From: Octopus vulgaris
Lineage: Eukaryota
Direction of reading: 5' to 3'
Assembly (NCBI GenBank): GCA_951406725.2
Contig: OX597820.1
Coordinates: forward strand, 66,588,001 to 66,652,000
Length of the DNA: 64,000 bases
A program made the position numbers and the translations under genes. Under the pieces are notes generated by a model. The model had not been told where the DNA came from and ran no database searches. It saw nothing but the letters and a program-made list of their open reading frames with translations. Position 1 is the first letter of the stretch, and every line of letters starts with the position of its first letter. Positions 27,601 through 40,572 of the stretch are shown piece by piece.

Positions 27601-27765
27601 TTTGTATGAATACAGTCAAGACTAAAACAATTAAAAAAATAGTGTGAGGGAGCCTTTTTAACCTTACCATTATGGGAACAAACTTTGTCTTGGGATAAAA
27701 GAATTCGTTTTTGCCACCATGTAGTTTTGCTCCAACCACAAGACTCCTTAGAAAAGTGTCTTTAA

Positions 27766-27885
27766 CCTTTTAGCATTCAGGTTATTCTGTCCAATGTGAT
27801 TCTTATTTATTCATATTGTTTGAATTAATCATGAATTAATCTTGTAGCTTTAAGATTTTCCTGATCTAATTGTTTATTCAGATCT
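27766..27885. mobile_element. Partial piggyBac-like MITE family 1, reverse orientation
   Basis: TTAACCTTTTAGCATTCAGGTTATTCTGTC is the near reverse complement of the family 1 right end. Confidence 0.55.
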
Positions 27886-28217
27886 GATTTCCATACTGAA
27901 TTTTTGCAATCTCTTAGAGTAACATAGGATTCCTGCTTTCTTCATCACTTCCCCTCATTTATCTCAGAAGCTCTGTGAAAAGTTCCAGTTGTATTTCGCT
28001 TCTTCCAATTGTTATGGCACACACATAAATTAAAAGCAAACTTCTCTTTTCTTGCAATCTTAGTGTATGTTGGTTGGATGGAGATGCAAACTGATATATT
28101 TTTCCTTAAATAGTTTCTAACACATTTTTACAGAGCAAACAGCACACACACACACACACACACACTCTCTCCATCTCTCAGAGAGAAAGACGACTGACAG
28201 AGACAAAGAAAGATACA

Positions 28218-28267
<50 letters not shown>

Positions 28268-28564
28268 TTTTCTGATTCATCATTGTAATCACTTGGCTTA
28301 AGAAGGCACTTAGTCTTATCAGTTTGTTGTCTTTTATTCAGCGAGTATTTCATTGAATTCTTCCAGTAAATGTATGAGAGGCCCCAATTTTGTTTTCGTA
28401 AACAGAACCCTTAACTGATAATGATCTGGGACAAGTTTGAAGAAATCCTTTGGGGAATTTCAAATAAATTTTATTTGGTATTGCTCTGTTAGCAAACACA
28501 ACACGGTATGAAGGCAGTAACCAAAAATCTAGCCTCTTCAATTCAAGAGTCTGCTATTGAAAGC

Positions 28565-28618
<54 letters not shown>

Positions 28619-29423
28619 TCTCTCTCTCCCACTCTCTCTCTCTCCCATCTCAGCATCATTGTTGATAATAATCCAAGACAGTTTGTATCAGATGACTATT
28701 TAAAACTGTTTTCTTTGTTTGTTGAGGGTTAATTTGCTTGACGTTACATCATGTGTCGAGATGCTTAAGCGATTGCTTTTCATAAACTTTTAAAGGTCTC
28801 CAGAGACGGCAGAAATTCCTCTCTTTCCACATTCTTTTTTTTTTTTTTTCCTATTTTTATTTTTTTTCTTTTGCATATTTTCGTTCATTTATTTATTTAT
28901 TTATTTATTTTAGTTGCATTGTCAGCCAAGCAGAAAAATATTATCTCAAACTCATTCAAATATTTTGGCAGGGACCTTGTGAGAACTAACTACTTAAACT
29001 GCAAATTTAATGATTAATATTATTCGAGGTGTGTGGATGGATGGACGGATGGGGGAGGGGCAAAAATAAAAAGGTAAAGAAAACAAAATATCAAGAAAAT
29101 AAATAGAAAACTATAAATCAAGAAATTCTTTTCTATATATGAAAAAAAAAAAAAACTAGGCATAGTACTGACAGGTCCCAGAGGGGTACAGTGCTTGACT
29201 TGGAATCGAGTGAAAGGAAGGATCAAGTTTAGAAAACAGCAAGTAGACTTAACCAACATAGTTGTTGTTTGATGTTGTTGGCATAATTCATCATCGTAAT
29301 TGCCAAGATTATATTACTGCTACTGCTGCTACTACTGCTACCACTATTAGTAGTGCTGCTGCAGTACTATTATCACAAAATATTGTAGCAAATTATTTAT
29401 AATGATGATGATAATAATAATGA

Positions 29424-29461
<38 letters not shown>

Positions 29462-29689
29462 CATTTATATTAATAATAATAATAATAATGATTTATATAT
29501 ATATACTTTATATCTTGTAAAGTACTGTCTGTCTGGGGTCCTTGTTGTGACTTGACAGACAGTATAACCCCCTCCCCTCCCCACCACTATGCATATCCCC
29601 GTAGACACAATATCTTCAATCAACAACATCACGATATCGGATACTGTGCAGTGTCTTAAATAATAACGATAATAATTGTAATAGCGACT

Positions 29690-29905
29690 GCAAGATGGAT
29701 TCCTCAAGCCAGGCCTACTGGCAGGAGACCTAAGGGTGGACCAAGAATGCAAAGGTTGGATAATGTCCATAGTCTCGTTTGGTCATGCTTGAGAATCCAG
29801 CTGGAAAATCTAATGACTGTTGTATCTGATAGGACCCTATGGAGTGATGTGCCTGAGGACTCAAAACCCCACAACCCTCCCGAGGAGAGTGGGCGGAGAA
29901 GATGG
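29690..29905 (+). mobile_element. Degenerate RTE-like LINE 3' fragment
   Basis: RRPKGGPRMQRLDNV...VSDRTLW resembles the RTE GRP..W / DR..W C-terminus. Confidence 0.5.
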
Positions 29906-30122
29906 ATGAATGGACAAAATAATTATGATAAAAATGATGATGACGATGACGATGACAACGACGACGATGACGACAACAATGATGACGACAATAATGACGA
30001 CAATAATGAAGATGATGACGATGACGATGATGATGTCATCGTTGTTGTCACCTTAGTCTGCTGGTTGTAGACAGCTGACACTTTCCATCATACCCAGGAA
30101 AATAAGCTGAGAGTTTTAATTA

Positions 30123-30167
<45 letters not shown>

Positions 30168-30170
<3 letters not shown>

Positions 30171-30660
30171 CCTTTTTACTGTAGGCACAAAGCCTGGATT
30201 TTGTGGGGAAGGGGATTGTCAATTACAATGACACCAGTGTTTCACTGGTACTTAATTTATCGACCCTTAAAGGATGAAAGACAAAGTTGACCTCGGTGGA
30301 ATTTGAACTCAGAACATAGTGATACATGAAATACCACTAAGCATTTCGCCCAGCATTCTAAAGGTTCTGCCAGCTCATTGCCTTCATAAAAAAAAATTCT
30401 GCTTGCTCACCTCTAGTAATTCTACTACTGCTAATAATAATTATTTCTACGCAAGGGTCGAGGCCTGGAAAATGTTTTTGGAGAAGGGGGCTAGTCAATT
30501 ACATTGACCCCAGTGTGTAACTGGTACTTATTTCATTGACCCCAAAAGGATGAAGGGCAAAGTCGTCTTCGGTGGAATTTGAACTCAGAATGTAGCAGCA
30601 AATGAAATACCGCTAAGCATTTCACCCGGCATGCTAACGTTTCTGCCAGCTCGCTGCCTT
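30168..30660 (-). mobile_element. Two tandem SINE family A copies
   Basis: AAGGATGAA.G.CAAAGT...GGAATTTGAACTCAGAA...CTGCCAGCTC occurs twice. Confidence 0.8.
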
Positions 30661-30772
30661 TACTACTCTTTTATTCTTTTATTTGTTTCAGTCATTTGAC
30701 TGCGGACATGCTGGAGCACCACCTTTAGTCAAACAAATGAACCCCAGGACTCAGTCTTATAATAATAATAAT

Positions 30773-31196
30773 AAAGCCAATAGGCCAGATATAGTTGTCA
30801 GAGATCATGAAGGAAAAAAATTCTTTCTAATTGATGTATCAATACCAACAGATGACCACATTTCTCTAAAAGAAACGAAGAAACTTTCAAAATACAAAGA
30901 CCTGGAAATAGAGGTAACTCAAATGTGGAAACTAAAAACAGAAACAATTCCTATCAGAGTAGGCGCATTAGGTATGATAAATAAATATTCAGACAAATAC
31001 ATAACAAAAACACCAGGACTTACAAATATATATAACATACAGAAAATTGGACTACTGGGCACTGCACACATCCTACGTAAAACACTTTCAATACAGTAAC
31101 CATCAGAGCATCACAACAAATCCCAGCACATACCCAAGGCACACAGAGCTGCGCTCGGTAGTGAAGTGAAAGCACGCTATAAAAATAAAACTACTG
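30773..31196 (+). mobile_element. Dong/R4-like non-LTR retrotransposon 3' fragment (restriction-like endonuclease) in a (TAA)n tract
   Basis: NRPDIVV-FLIDVSIP-KLSKYKDL-IPIRVGALG-IQKIGLLGTAHILRK (PD..D RLE domain), stop at 31097-31099, short 3' UTR, (TAA)n on both sides. Confidence 0.85.
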
Positions 31197-31219
31197 AATA
31201 ATAATAATAATAATGATGA

Positions 31220-31400
31220 TAATCTTTTCTACTATAGGCACAAGGCCTGAAATTTGTGGGGGAAGAAGATAATCGATTACATCGACCCCAGTACACAACT
31301 AGAAAGTTAACCTCAGTGAAATTTGAACTCAGAATACAAAGGCTGATGAAATGTCACTAAGCATTTTGCCTGACATACTACAGATTCTATCAGCTCACCT
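31220..31400 (-). mobile_element. SINE family A copy, internally deleted
   Basis: TACTATAGGCACAAGGCCTGAAATT...ATTTGAACTCAGAA. Confidence 0.7.
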
Positions 31401-31767
31401 AGAATGATGATGATGATAATAATAATAACGTATCAGTTTTAACACAGGGAAGAAAGAATAACATTATGATTGTGACTCTTTATTTCTCAGAGGAGTGGGG
31501 ATGGAATGTGAAATTCAAGACCTTTGGCAATATCCACCGGTGTGCACTCAAAGTTTGGTTTTCTGAGACTAACCAGGAATTAAATTTCATTTGTTAGCTA
31601 CACAAAAGCAGCTGCCGACATCTTGAATTTCAGATTCAATGCTATTAAACTGCGCACCCTTAATGACATTCCGCTGCCTGTTCTTGCCAAATCTCCACAG
31701 TTCATTGAAAAAAAAAAAGCCAGCCTCACAGACATTGCAGTTTTATTAATTATCAAATATTCCTGTT

Positions 31768-32155
31768 TACTTTTTTACTTGTTTCAGTCATTTGACTGCG
31801 GCCATGCTGGAGCACTGCCTTTAGTCAAGCAAATCTACCCCTGGACTTATCCTTTGTAAGCATAGTACTTATTCTATCGGTCTCTTCTGCCGAACTGCTA
31901 AGTTACGGGGACGTAAACACACCAACATCGGTTGTCAAGCGATGTTGGAGGGACAAACACAGACACACACACTCATACATATATATATATATATATGTAT
32001 ATGACAGGCTTCTTTCAGTTTCCATCTATCAAATCCCCTCACATGGCTTTGATCAGCCCAAGGCTATAGTTGAAGACACTAGCCCAAGGTACCACGCAGT
32101 GGGACTGAACCCGGAACTATGTGGTTCGTAAGCAAGTTACTTACCACACAGCCAC
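31768..32155 (-). mobile_element. Near full-length SINE family B copy
   Basis: Reverse complement of the 56838-57275 copy along its whole length. Confidence 0.85.
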
Positions 32156-32476
32156 CACATCATGTATGAACATGTGAATTTGGTAAATGGAAACTGAAAG
32201 AAACCCCATCGTGTATATATGTGTGTATATGTGGTGTGTTACTGTCTTCTTGCCTTGACATCACATGACAGTTGTAAGCAAGTGTCACTGTGATGCATGC
32301 GGTGTTCATCATTTGCAGTCTTCTGCTGAGACATCTGGTTGTGGGGGAAGTATTACTTAACTAACAAACAGGGAAGGTTGGAAACAGGAAAAGCACCCAA
32401 CCTAGGAAAATCTGCCTCAAAAAATTCTGTCCAAAACATGCAAGCATGGAATAGTAGATGTTAAATAATGATAATA

Positions 32477-32507
<31 letters not shown>

Positions 32508-32710
32508 TCTTTTCACAAGGCCTGAGGTTTATGGGCAGGGGTAAGTCGATCACATCAACTTCAGTACATGAATGATATTTAATTTATCAACCCTGAAAGG
32601 ATGAAAGGCATAGTCGACCTCAGCAGAATTTGAACTCGGGACATAAAGATGAGTGAAATACCGCTAAGCATTTTGTCCAGCGTACTAACAATTCTGCCAG
32701 CTCAATGCCT
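32508..32710 (-). mobile_element. SINE family A copy
   Basis: GAAAGGATGAAAGGCATAGTCGACCTC...AATTCTGCCAGCTC. Confidence 0.75.
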
Positions 32711-32739
32711 TAATAAAAAAAAATATTAATTGTCTGTTT

Positions 32740-33048
32740 GTGATGATGAGCCAGGATAACTGGGGCAAGATGAGGACAGAGCACGGTGTGTCCAGCTATG
32801 GCCAATCAGTCCGATGTGTGTTCGGAAAGCTCTGCAAAGGAGTTGGCTGTGCCCTTACTGTGTTCGGATTTTCTATGTGTGTCCGCAACCCTGCTCTGCT
32901 CATAGGAGGTTCCACCTCTGTTGGTGCATCTGCACCCAGTAGGATGGTCTTGTGCTTGAATTTCTCTGCTGTCAAGGATTGATCTCAGAGCTCTCCAGTT
33001 AGGCCTTGAGTGTATTCTTCAAGAGCTTCCTCTGTTCACCTTGGGCTT
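32740..33048 (-). mobile_element. RTE-clade LINE 3' fragment with a C2H2-like C-terminal motif
   Basis: Minus strand QGEQRKLLKNTLKA, AQDHPTG and CRAFRTHIGLIGHSWTH. Confidence 0.65.
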
Positions 33049-33914
33049 GATACAACCGGTTTGAATGTTTAAGGGCTATGGCAAGGTGGATTTTAAAATA
33101 TAAAGAAAAGACCCATCGTAGACACTCCTGATTGATTTATCAGAGTGCTTGATCTAAAGAGCTTTAATGGAGCACGTTAATTTCAACGTATATTGTAACG
33201 ACTTGTAAGTTCTATATTGGTACTATTTGTGTGTTGCTCATTAGGATAAGCAGGAAGCATTGATTAATTAAATCTGTTGAGATAATCTCAACAGCAACAG
33301 ATAGAAGTTCAACAACTGCTTCCAGTGTCAGCTGCTACTAAGAATTTCTTGGATTGCTTCATGATATTAAGATTTCATTTGAATGTTATTAGATTTCCTT
33401 ACATCTTACTTTCTTCAAGAATATATGTGTATGGGCATATGTATGTGTACATATATATATTTGTATATGTATTACAGCATATATGCACATAAATATGTAT
33501 CTACCTTTCTATCCTTATAAAAGTACATTAATACACGCACGCTCTCTTATTTACATGTATATACATTTTTATTAATGTGTGTATATATATATATATATAT
33601 TTATATATACACGTGTGTGTGTGTATGTGTATATATATATATATATATAATGATGTTGATGATAAATATATATATATATATACACACAATCATATATACC
33701 TGCATGCATATATATACATACATACTTATATACATACATACTTATATACGTACATACATACATATATATGTTTGTGTATGTGTGTGTGTATATGTATATA
33801 CATATGTACACAAACTTGTACATATATATTTATATAAATGTGCATGCATATATGTGTATGTAAATGTGTGTGAGTATTTATATATATGTATATGTGTGCG
33901 TGCGTATGTGTGTG

Positions 33915-33945
<31 letters not shown>

Positions 33946-34207
33946 GGAGGGAGGGAGAGATGTACATGTATATATAATATACATAGATTCATAATTGTGT
34001 ATATGCTTATATGTGTGTGCAACACTTATGCATGCATACACACACACACACTCTCTCTCTCTCTCTCTCTCCCTCTCTCTCTCCCACTCTCATCTCTCTA
34101 TTACATACACAATTCCATTGTTATTGAGTTATATGTACAAATCTGTAATGTAATTCATCTGTGCATATATATACACACATACATCCCTTAAACAGTCTGA
34201 CTGCTTC

Positions 34208-34251
<44 letters not shown>

Positions 34252-34710
34252 CACACACTCAATCCTATACCTTTCCATTAACCAATCTTAGTCAATTATC
34301 TCCTTAGACAAGTCCTTCCTCACTACCACCACCACCACCACCACCCACTGAGTACTCTAATGCCAAGTATTGAAATCTAACCCCAGAACTGACACCTCTC
34401 TTCTGCTTGCATCTGTATTGAATTGCCAGACTGCAGGATATAGGCTTGTCAACTCTTAAATCGATGTTCTGCTTTTAAGGGGTTTCTATAAGGCGTCCTC
34501 TATAACATGCACCACATTGGATCCGTTTGCTTGTTGGTGTTGCTGTTGATGATGCTGCTGCTGTAGTAGTTGTTGTTGTTGTTACTGTTGTTGTCATCGT
34601 TTCTGATTCCAGTGTTTCATTTTGGTTCTTCTACTAGATTGCCCTGATCTACTTATATTTACTACTACTACTAACAATTACTACTGCTACTACTACTATT
34701 GTTACTACTG

Positions 34711-34744
<34 letters not shown>

Positions 34745-35289
34745 CACTGCTATCATCACCACTACTACAACAACTGCCACCACCACTGCTATCACCACCA
34801 CTACTACTATTACTAATGACTACTACCACCACTGCTATTATCAACACCGCTACCATTACCATTACTACAATTTTCCTCATTGTCTTAGTGTTCTTCATCA
34901 TCTTCATCTTAGCCAATATTATCATCATCACAATCATTGTCATCATCACCATTGTCGTCATCATCTTCATATCATCATTACCATCATCTCTATCGTAATC
35001 GTCACCATTATATCTGCCATTATCAAACTGTTGTCATATCTATCACCATCATCATCATCACCATCTTAGCCATCATCAACATAGCAATCATCAACATCAT
35101 CATCACCATCATCAAAATAACCTCCATCCCCACCCCCACCGCCACCAGCGTAACAAACAGCCCTCTGCAATCCCCTTCCCCACCTCCCTGTGCCACCACA
35201 AAAAAGACTCATCACCGGCTGCCACTACAACACTACCATGCCAGAGGTAGTGTCCCCCTCCACTTGACTGCTCGCCTATCTGTGAAAGC

Positions 35290-35570
35290 ACACGCCTTAG
35301 TAGTTAGGGCATTTGGCTCACGATTGTAAGGTGTGTTAGTTAGATTCCCGACAACATGATGTGTCCTTGAGCAAGTCTTTTTTTTATCCACATCGCTGCA
35401 GTCCACTCAGCTGGCAAAAATGAGTTTTACCTGTAATTCAAAGGGCCACTGAATCTCCCTAAGAACTATGTTAAAGATATACGTGTCTGTGGAGCACACA
35501 GCCACTTGCATATTACTTTCATGAACAGGTTGTTCCATTGATCAGATCAACTAGAACACGCTATCACAAT
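35290..35570 (+). mobile_element. tRNA-derived SINE, same family as 11740-12030
   Basis: GTTAGGGCATTTGGCTCACGATTGTAAG, GTCCTTGAGCAAG, GTCCACTCAGCTGG. Confidence 0.6.
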
Positions 35571-35638
35571 CAGCAGAAAGCCAGGCTGTCATTCTAACTT
35601 TAAGTTGGACTCACTGGTTATTGCTGGGAACTGTTTAA

Positions 35639-36082
35639 CCCTTTCATTACTATATTCATTTTGAGATACTATGGCAGAAACGTTAGCATGCCGGGCGAAA
35701 TGCGTAGCCGTATTTCGTCTGGCATTACGTTCTGAGTTCAAATTCCGCCGAGGTTGACTTTACCTTTCATCCTTTCAGGGTCGAAATTAAGTACCAGTTA
35801 CGCACTGGGGTCGATGTAATCGACTTAATCCGTTTGTCTGTCCTTGCTTGTCCCCTCTGTGTTTAGCCCCTTGTGGGCAGTAAAGAAATAACTATATGTT
35901 TCATTCAATTAATTTTAAATATAACAAAGAATTTAGTAAAATAACTTAGTTATCATTCTGCTGGTGTTAGGAACATAAATTATGACTAAGGTTTGGTGGA
36001 AGATTATATTTCAGAACTTATGAAAACAAGACATTTGTACTCAGAGCCAGAGCCGGTTTCAGCCGGGTTGGTAATGAAAGGG
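35639..36082. mobile_element. piggyBac-like MITE family 2 with a nested SINE
   Basis: TTAA|CCCTTTCATTAC...GTAATGAAAGGG|TTAA perfect 12-bp TIR; interrupted by a SINE at ~35671-35891. Confidence 0.85.
35671..35891 (+). mobile_element. Young SINE family A variant nested in a MITE
   Basis: TGGCAGAAACGTTAGCATGCCGGGCGAAATG...GCCCCTTGTGGGCAGTAAAGAAATA with CpGs intact; same tail variant as 42321-42538. Confidence 0.85.
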
Positions 36083-36139
36083 TTAACTTGTTTTGTTACC
36101 AAATTCCTTTCAAAGTGCTTTACTTACTAGCAATCCTCA

Positions 36140-36362
36140 AGTCATAGGTTCATACAGCTGGTTTCTTGGATTCTGTGGCATATATACTCCCCCCTGGACA
36201 GGTCACCAGTCTGTTGTAGAGTTACTCACCTTTGCCAGGTGAATAAAATGGAGTAACGTGAAATTAAGTGCTTTACTCAAGAACACAATGCATTACCTGG
36301 TCCAGGATTTGAAACCACAATCTTACTATTAGGAATGCAACACCCTAACCATCTAAGCCACA
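36140..36362 (-). mobile_element. tRNA-derived SINE family D copy
   Basis: CTCAAGAACACAATGCATT...GAAACCACAATCTTAC...CACCCTAACCA. Confidence 0.65.
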
Positions 36363-38164
36363 TATCTCTCTCTACAATTGACCTGCTAGAAATAGCAACT
36401 AACCAAATCTCCTTCAGATTATTTGACACCACTATCTTAAGTAAACAAAGTTGCATTGGACAATTGATATGCAAGGAGATGGCAGGGACATGATGGTCAC
36501 AGATGGAACCTCTTGGATGACAAGTCTTCTCGGTCAGATATGGCCTGGAGACAAAAGAGAACTCCAACAACAACTATAAAGAAAAAGAGATGACGAAACA
36601 AGGGAGAAGGGGACAACGGCAGCAGTGATGGTGCTGGAGGTGGTGGTCGTGGTTGGAACAAGTTCTGTTTACATGTTAGTAATGACCTCGCTCTTTCCCT
36701 ATCTATCTCTCTTCCTTTCTGTCTTTCTCCCTAATTCTCACTAATTTGGCACTAGCCATGCAATACTGTACTAATTTAATGCTACACTTGTGTGTGTGTG
36801 TGTGTGTGTGTGGCATTAATTTGATGAGAGCTTATGTTGCACCACAAATGAGCAGATATTTATTATTCACTCACATGTTGAAAATATGTTGCTCATTACT
36901 CCTAATACAAAAAAAAACCCATCTTTCTCTCTTCGTCTTCCTCTTCTTCATCTTCATCTTCTTCTTTTTCTTCTTCTTCCATTGGTCTTGATCATTTCGT
37001 TTCATTTATTTTATTATATTTTTGTCCTTCATTTATTTATTATTTTTGTTCCTTTATTTTTTTTTTTGTTTTAATTTTTGTAATTTCTGTTTGTTTGTTT
37101 TTTCTTTTCTTTTCTTTTTTTGGGGGGGATTTATTCCTGTTAATGCATTAAACATGGGATGAAAATTTCCACCCTGCCACGTGCTCCCCCACCCTTCTGT
37201 CATTCTTTCCACTCTCCACTCTCCAAAAAAAACGCAACAAAAGTTAAAAAAACAAAAATTCAAATCCCATCACCATCATCATCATCAACATCATTGATGA
37301 AAACTTTCTTGAGGCTTTCTTAGTGTTTGCGCTTTTTTCCTGCATGTGTATGTATATATGTATATATATATATATGTGTATGTATCTATGTGTGTATGTA
37401 TATATATATGTGTGTGTGTGTGTGTGTATGTATATATGTGTTTTTGCATGTATGTATATATATGTGTGTATATGTAAATGTGTGTGTGTATGCATGCATT
37501 TTTGTTTTCCTTTAATATTTTCGCATTCTGTTTTCTTCTTCGTTATGTTTTGTTTTGTTGTTTTTTTGTCCTTTTGTTGTATTGTTTCTTTTATCATCAC
37601 ATATCATCACATTTCACTTGGTTAAGAAAAAGAGAATTCCTTTGCATTATTTTCGCTGTGCGTCGTTTCTCATTATACACACACACACACAACCACACAC
37701 TTGCACAAACGTACACGTGTGTGTATATATATGGTCGCGCACGTGTGTGTGTGCACGCATGTCTTTTGTTTCCTTGATGTTGTTGATTCAGTTTACAGAG
37801 TTGATTACCAAAGAGAGAGATAAGTGTAAGGAACTGTTGATTACATTTTGATGAGCAACAGCAGCAGCGATAGCAGCAGCACAATGACAACACGATGATG
37901 ATGATGATGATGACGACGACGACAACAACAATGGCAGTGATGGTGGTGGCGGCGATGTTGTCTCTAATAATCTCTCAATAATGATAACTACTGACATCAA
38001 GAGAAGGATGATGAAGGCCCAGCAAAAGCAGCCACCCAACTTGTCGATAATTAAGACACGCTAATAGACATGGCAAAGAATTTGAGGTGATTGCACTGCT
38101 CTGGTAACAAGAAACGGCAAATAATAATAATAGTAATAATAATAATAATAATAATAATATTAAT

Positions 38165-38334
38165 GATTTGAAATTTTGGCGCACGGCCAGCTCAACTGGT
38201 ACTTGTTTTAGCGATCCCGAAAGGATGAACAGCAAAGTCAACCTCAGCAGAATTTGAACTCAGAACCTGAAGACAGACGAAATGCTGCTAAGCATTTCGC
38301 ACAGCATGCTAATGATTCGGCCACCTCACCACCT

Positions 38335-38365
<31 letters not shown>

Positions 38366-38575
38366 CCTTTCTACTATAGGCACAAGGCCTGGAATTTTTG
38401 GTGGGGTGGACTAGTCGAGTACATCGACCCCAGAATTTCACTGGTGCTTAATTTATCGTCCCCGAAAGGATGAAAGACAAAGTCAACCTCGGTGGAATTT
38501 GAACTCAGAATGAAGCGATGAGTGAAGTACCACTAAGCATATTGCCCAGTGTGCTAACAATTCTGCCAGCATGCC
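38165..38575 (-). mobile_element. Two tandem SINE family A copies
   Basis: CCCGAAAGGATGAA...GAATTTGAACTCAGAA twice, joined by (AAT)n. Confidence 0.8.
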
Positions 38576-39629
38576 ATAATAATAATAATAATAATAAAAT
38601 TGACCAAAATATTAAAATGAAGGATTAGTGCATGTAGGTTGGTTAATAGGGGTACTAATAGTATAATATATGTACCAAAGAATGTATGAGATAAATGTAT
38701 GAAAGGAAAAAAAAATACAGCAAAGTGTCTGTTCTTGGTGCTTTTTATCTTCAGTAGTTTTAATCATTTCACTGGCCATGCTGGGGCTTCTGTCAAGCAA
38801 ATCAACCTCAAATAAATTCTAGCTTTGACTGTTCCATCCAGTTCTTAGGTACTGTGTTCACATACCTAGAACTATATTATCCAATTCCAGTGTTTGATAC
38901 TTTTGAAAAAAAAGGTAGTGTACTTTGAAGGACATTTAGCTACTGGTTCTAGCATGTTTGCCTGATATAATGTTGTTGGTTCCTCTGATGTTAAAGTAAT
39001 TTGTATGTCTTCGATTTGTATGTCACTGCTGTTGTTCTTTAGTCCCTAGCCCCAGATCAATCCTTATTAAGCAGACTCTATCATAACTACCCTGCACTTT
39101 TAGGGGTTTTGGAACAGTGTACCCCTGATCACATCATTTTAAGGTGTCCTTTTCCAAAAACAACAATGAAAACAATAAACGCACCGGTTTAGTTTGAGGA
39201 CAATTTGACAGCTATTTCTAGCAAGCAGAATGACAATATACAGGCTTTCTTGTTGCATCATGTTGTTCTGTATTGAGTGACACATGTATTTTCAAGTCGT
39301 CCTTTGAGACATTGTAGTTACTAAAGAGCCATATGACTGCTGACAACAGTGATTATAGGAATAATCCACATCAGAATATAAATATGTTGTATTGCAGCCA
39401 ATGTCCATCAGAAGTGTGTGGGGCTAACAGTGATTAAGCTTCAAAATGCATTAAGAATTGTACGTACGTTCACAAGCTAATGAAGAGACATCATGTACAC
39501 ACACACGTACACATGCCTATATATATGTGTGTGTATTTGTATATATGTTTGTGTGTGCATATATACATAATCCACATCATTCGCTGTCATGTTGTCCATG
39601 CTGGTATGGTTTGTATAGTTAAGCAGATC

Positions 39630-39637
39630 CAATATAA

Positions 39638-39669
<32 letters not shown>

Positions 39670-39778
39670 ATATATATGTATGTATGTATATATATGTATA
39701 TATGTATGTATGTATATATATGTGTATGTATGTATATATATATGTATGTATGTATATATATGTATATATATATGTATG

Positions 39779-39809
<31 letters not shown>

Positions 39810-39848
39810 ATATATATATATGTATGTATATATATATATATATGTATG

Positions 39849-39904
<56 letters not shown>

Positions 39905-39925
39905 CATACACACATACACATACAG
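39630..39925. repeat. (TA)n/(TATG)n compound microsatellite
   Basis: About 300 bp of alternating TA and TATG units. Confidence 0.9.
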
Positions 39926-39929
39926 ATAT

Positions 39930-40107
39930 AAATGGCCCAGTGGTTAGGGCAGCGGACTCGCGGTCGTAGGATCGCGGTTTTGATTCCCAGGCCAGGCGTC
40001 GTGAGTGTTTATTTAGCGAAAACACCTAAAAGCTCCACGAGGCTCTGGCAGGGGGTGGTGATCCCTGCTGTACTCTTTCACCACTCTTTCTTCTGTTGGC
40101 CTGCTCG
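39930..40107 (+). mobile_element. tRNA-derived SINE with a little-decayed tRNA-Arg-like head
   Basis: TGGCCCAGTGGTTAGGGC (A box), CTCGCGG in the anticodon-loop position, GGTTTTGATTCC (B box); no acceptor stem, continues into a non-tRNA body. Confidence 0.6.
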
Positions 40108-40340
40108 GTTATCAAGTGATGGTGGAGGTACAAACACAGACACAAACATATATATATATGTGTGTGTATATATACCTACATATATAGAACAGGCTTCTTT
40201 TAGTTTCCATCTACCAAATCCACTCGCAAGGCTTACATCAGCCCGAGGTTATAGTAGAAGACAATTGCCCAAGGTGCCACACAGTGGGACTGAACCCAGA
40301 ACCATGTGGTTTGGAAAGCAAGATTCTTACCACACAGCCA
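40108..40340 (-). mobile_element. SINE family B 5' half
   Basis: GGCTTCTTTTAGTTTCCATCTACCAAATCCACTC...CTTACCACACAGCCAC. Confidence 0.75.
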
Positions 40341-40419
40341 CACTCTTTTACTCTTTTCAGCCATGCAGCTGCGGTCATACTGGAGTACTATATATATATA
40401 TATGCACCCACTACACTCT

Positions 40420-40572
40420 TGCAGTGGTTGGTGTTAAGAAGGGCATCCAGCTGTAGAAACGTTGCTAGCTCAAATTGGAACCTGGTGCTGCCTCCTGGCT
40501 TGTCAGTCCCCAGTCAAACCATCCATCCTATGCCAGCATGGAAAACGGATGTTAAGCAATGATGATGATGAT
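40420..40572 (+). mobile_element. RTE-tail repeat (family C)
   Basis: GAAGGGCATCCAGCTGTAGAAAC...ATGCCAGCATGGAAAACGGATGTTAA plus (GAT)n. Further copies near 2180, 3300, 10720, 21500, 32270, 42030 and 52655. Confidence 0.7.

Noticed and set aside
39930-40000. Functional tRNA-Arg gene
   Set aside because: No acceptor stem or poly-T terminator; degenerate B box; continues into a SINE-like body.
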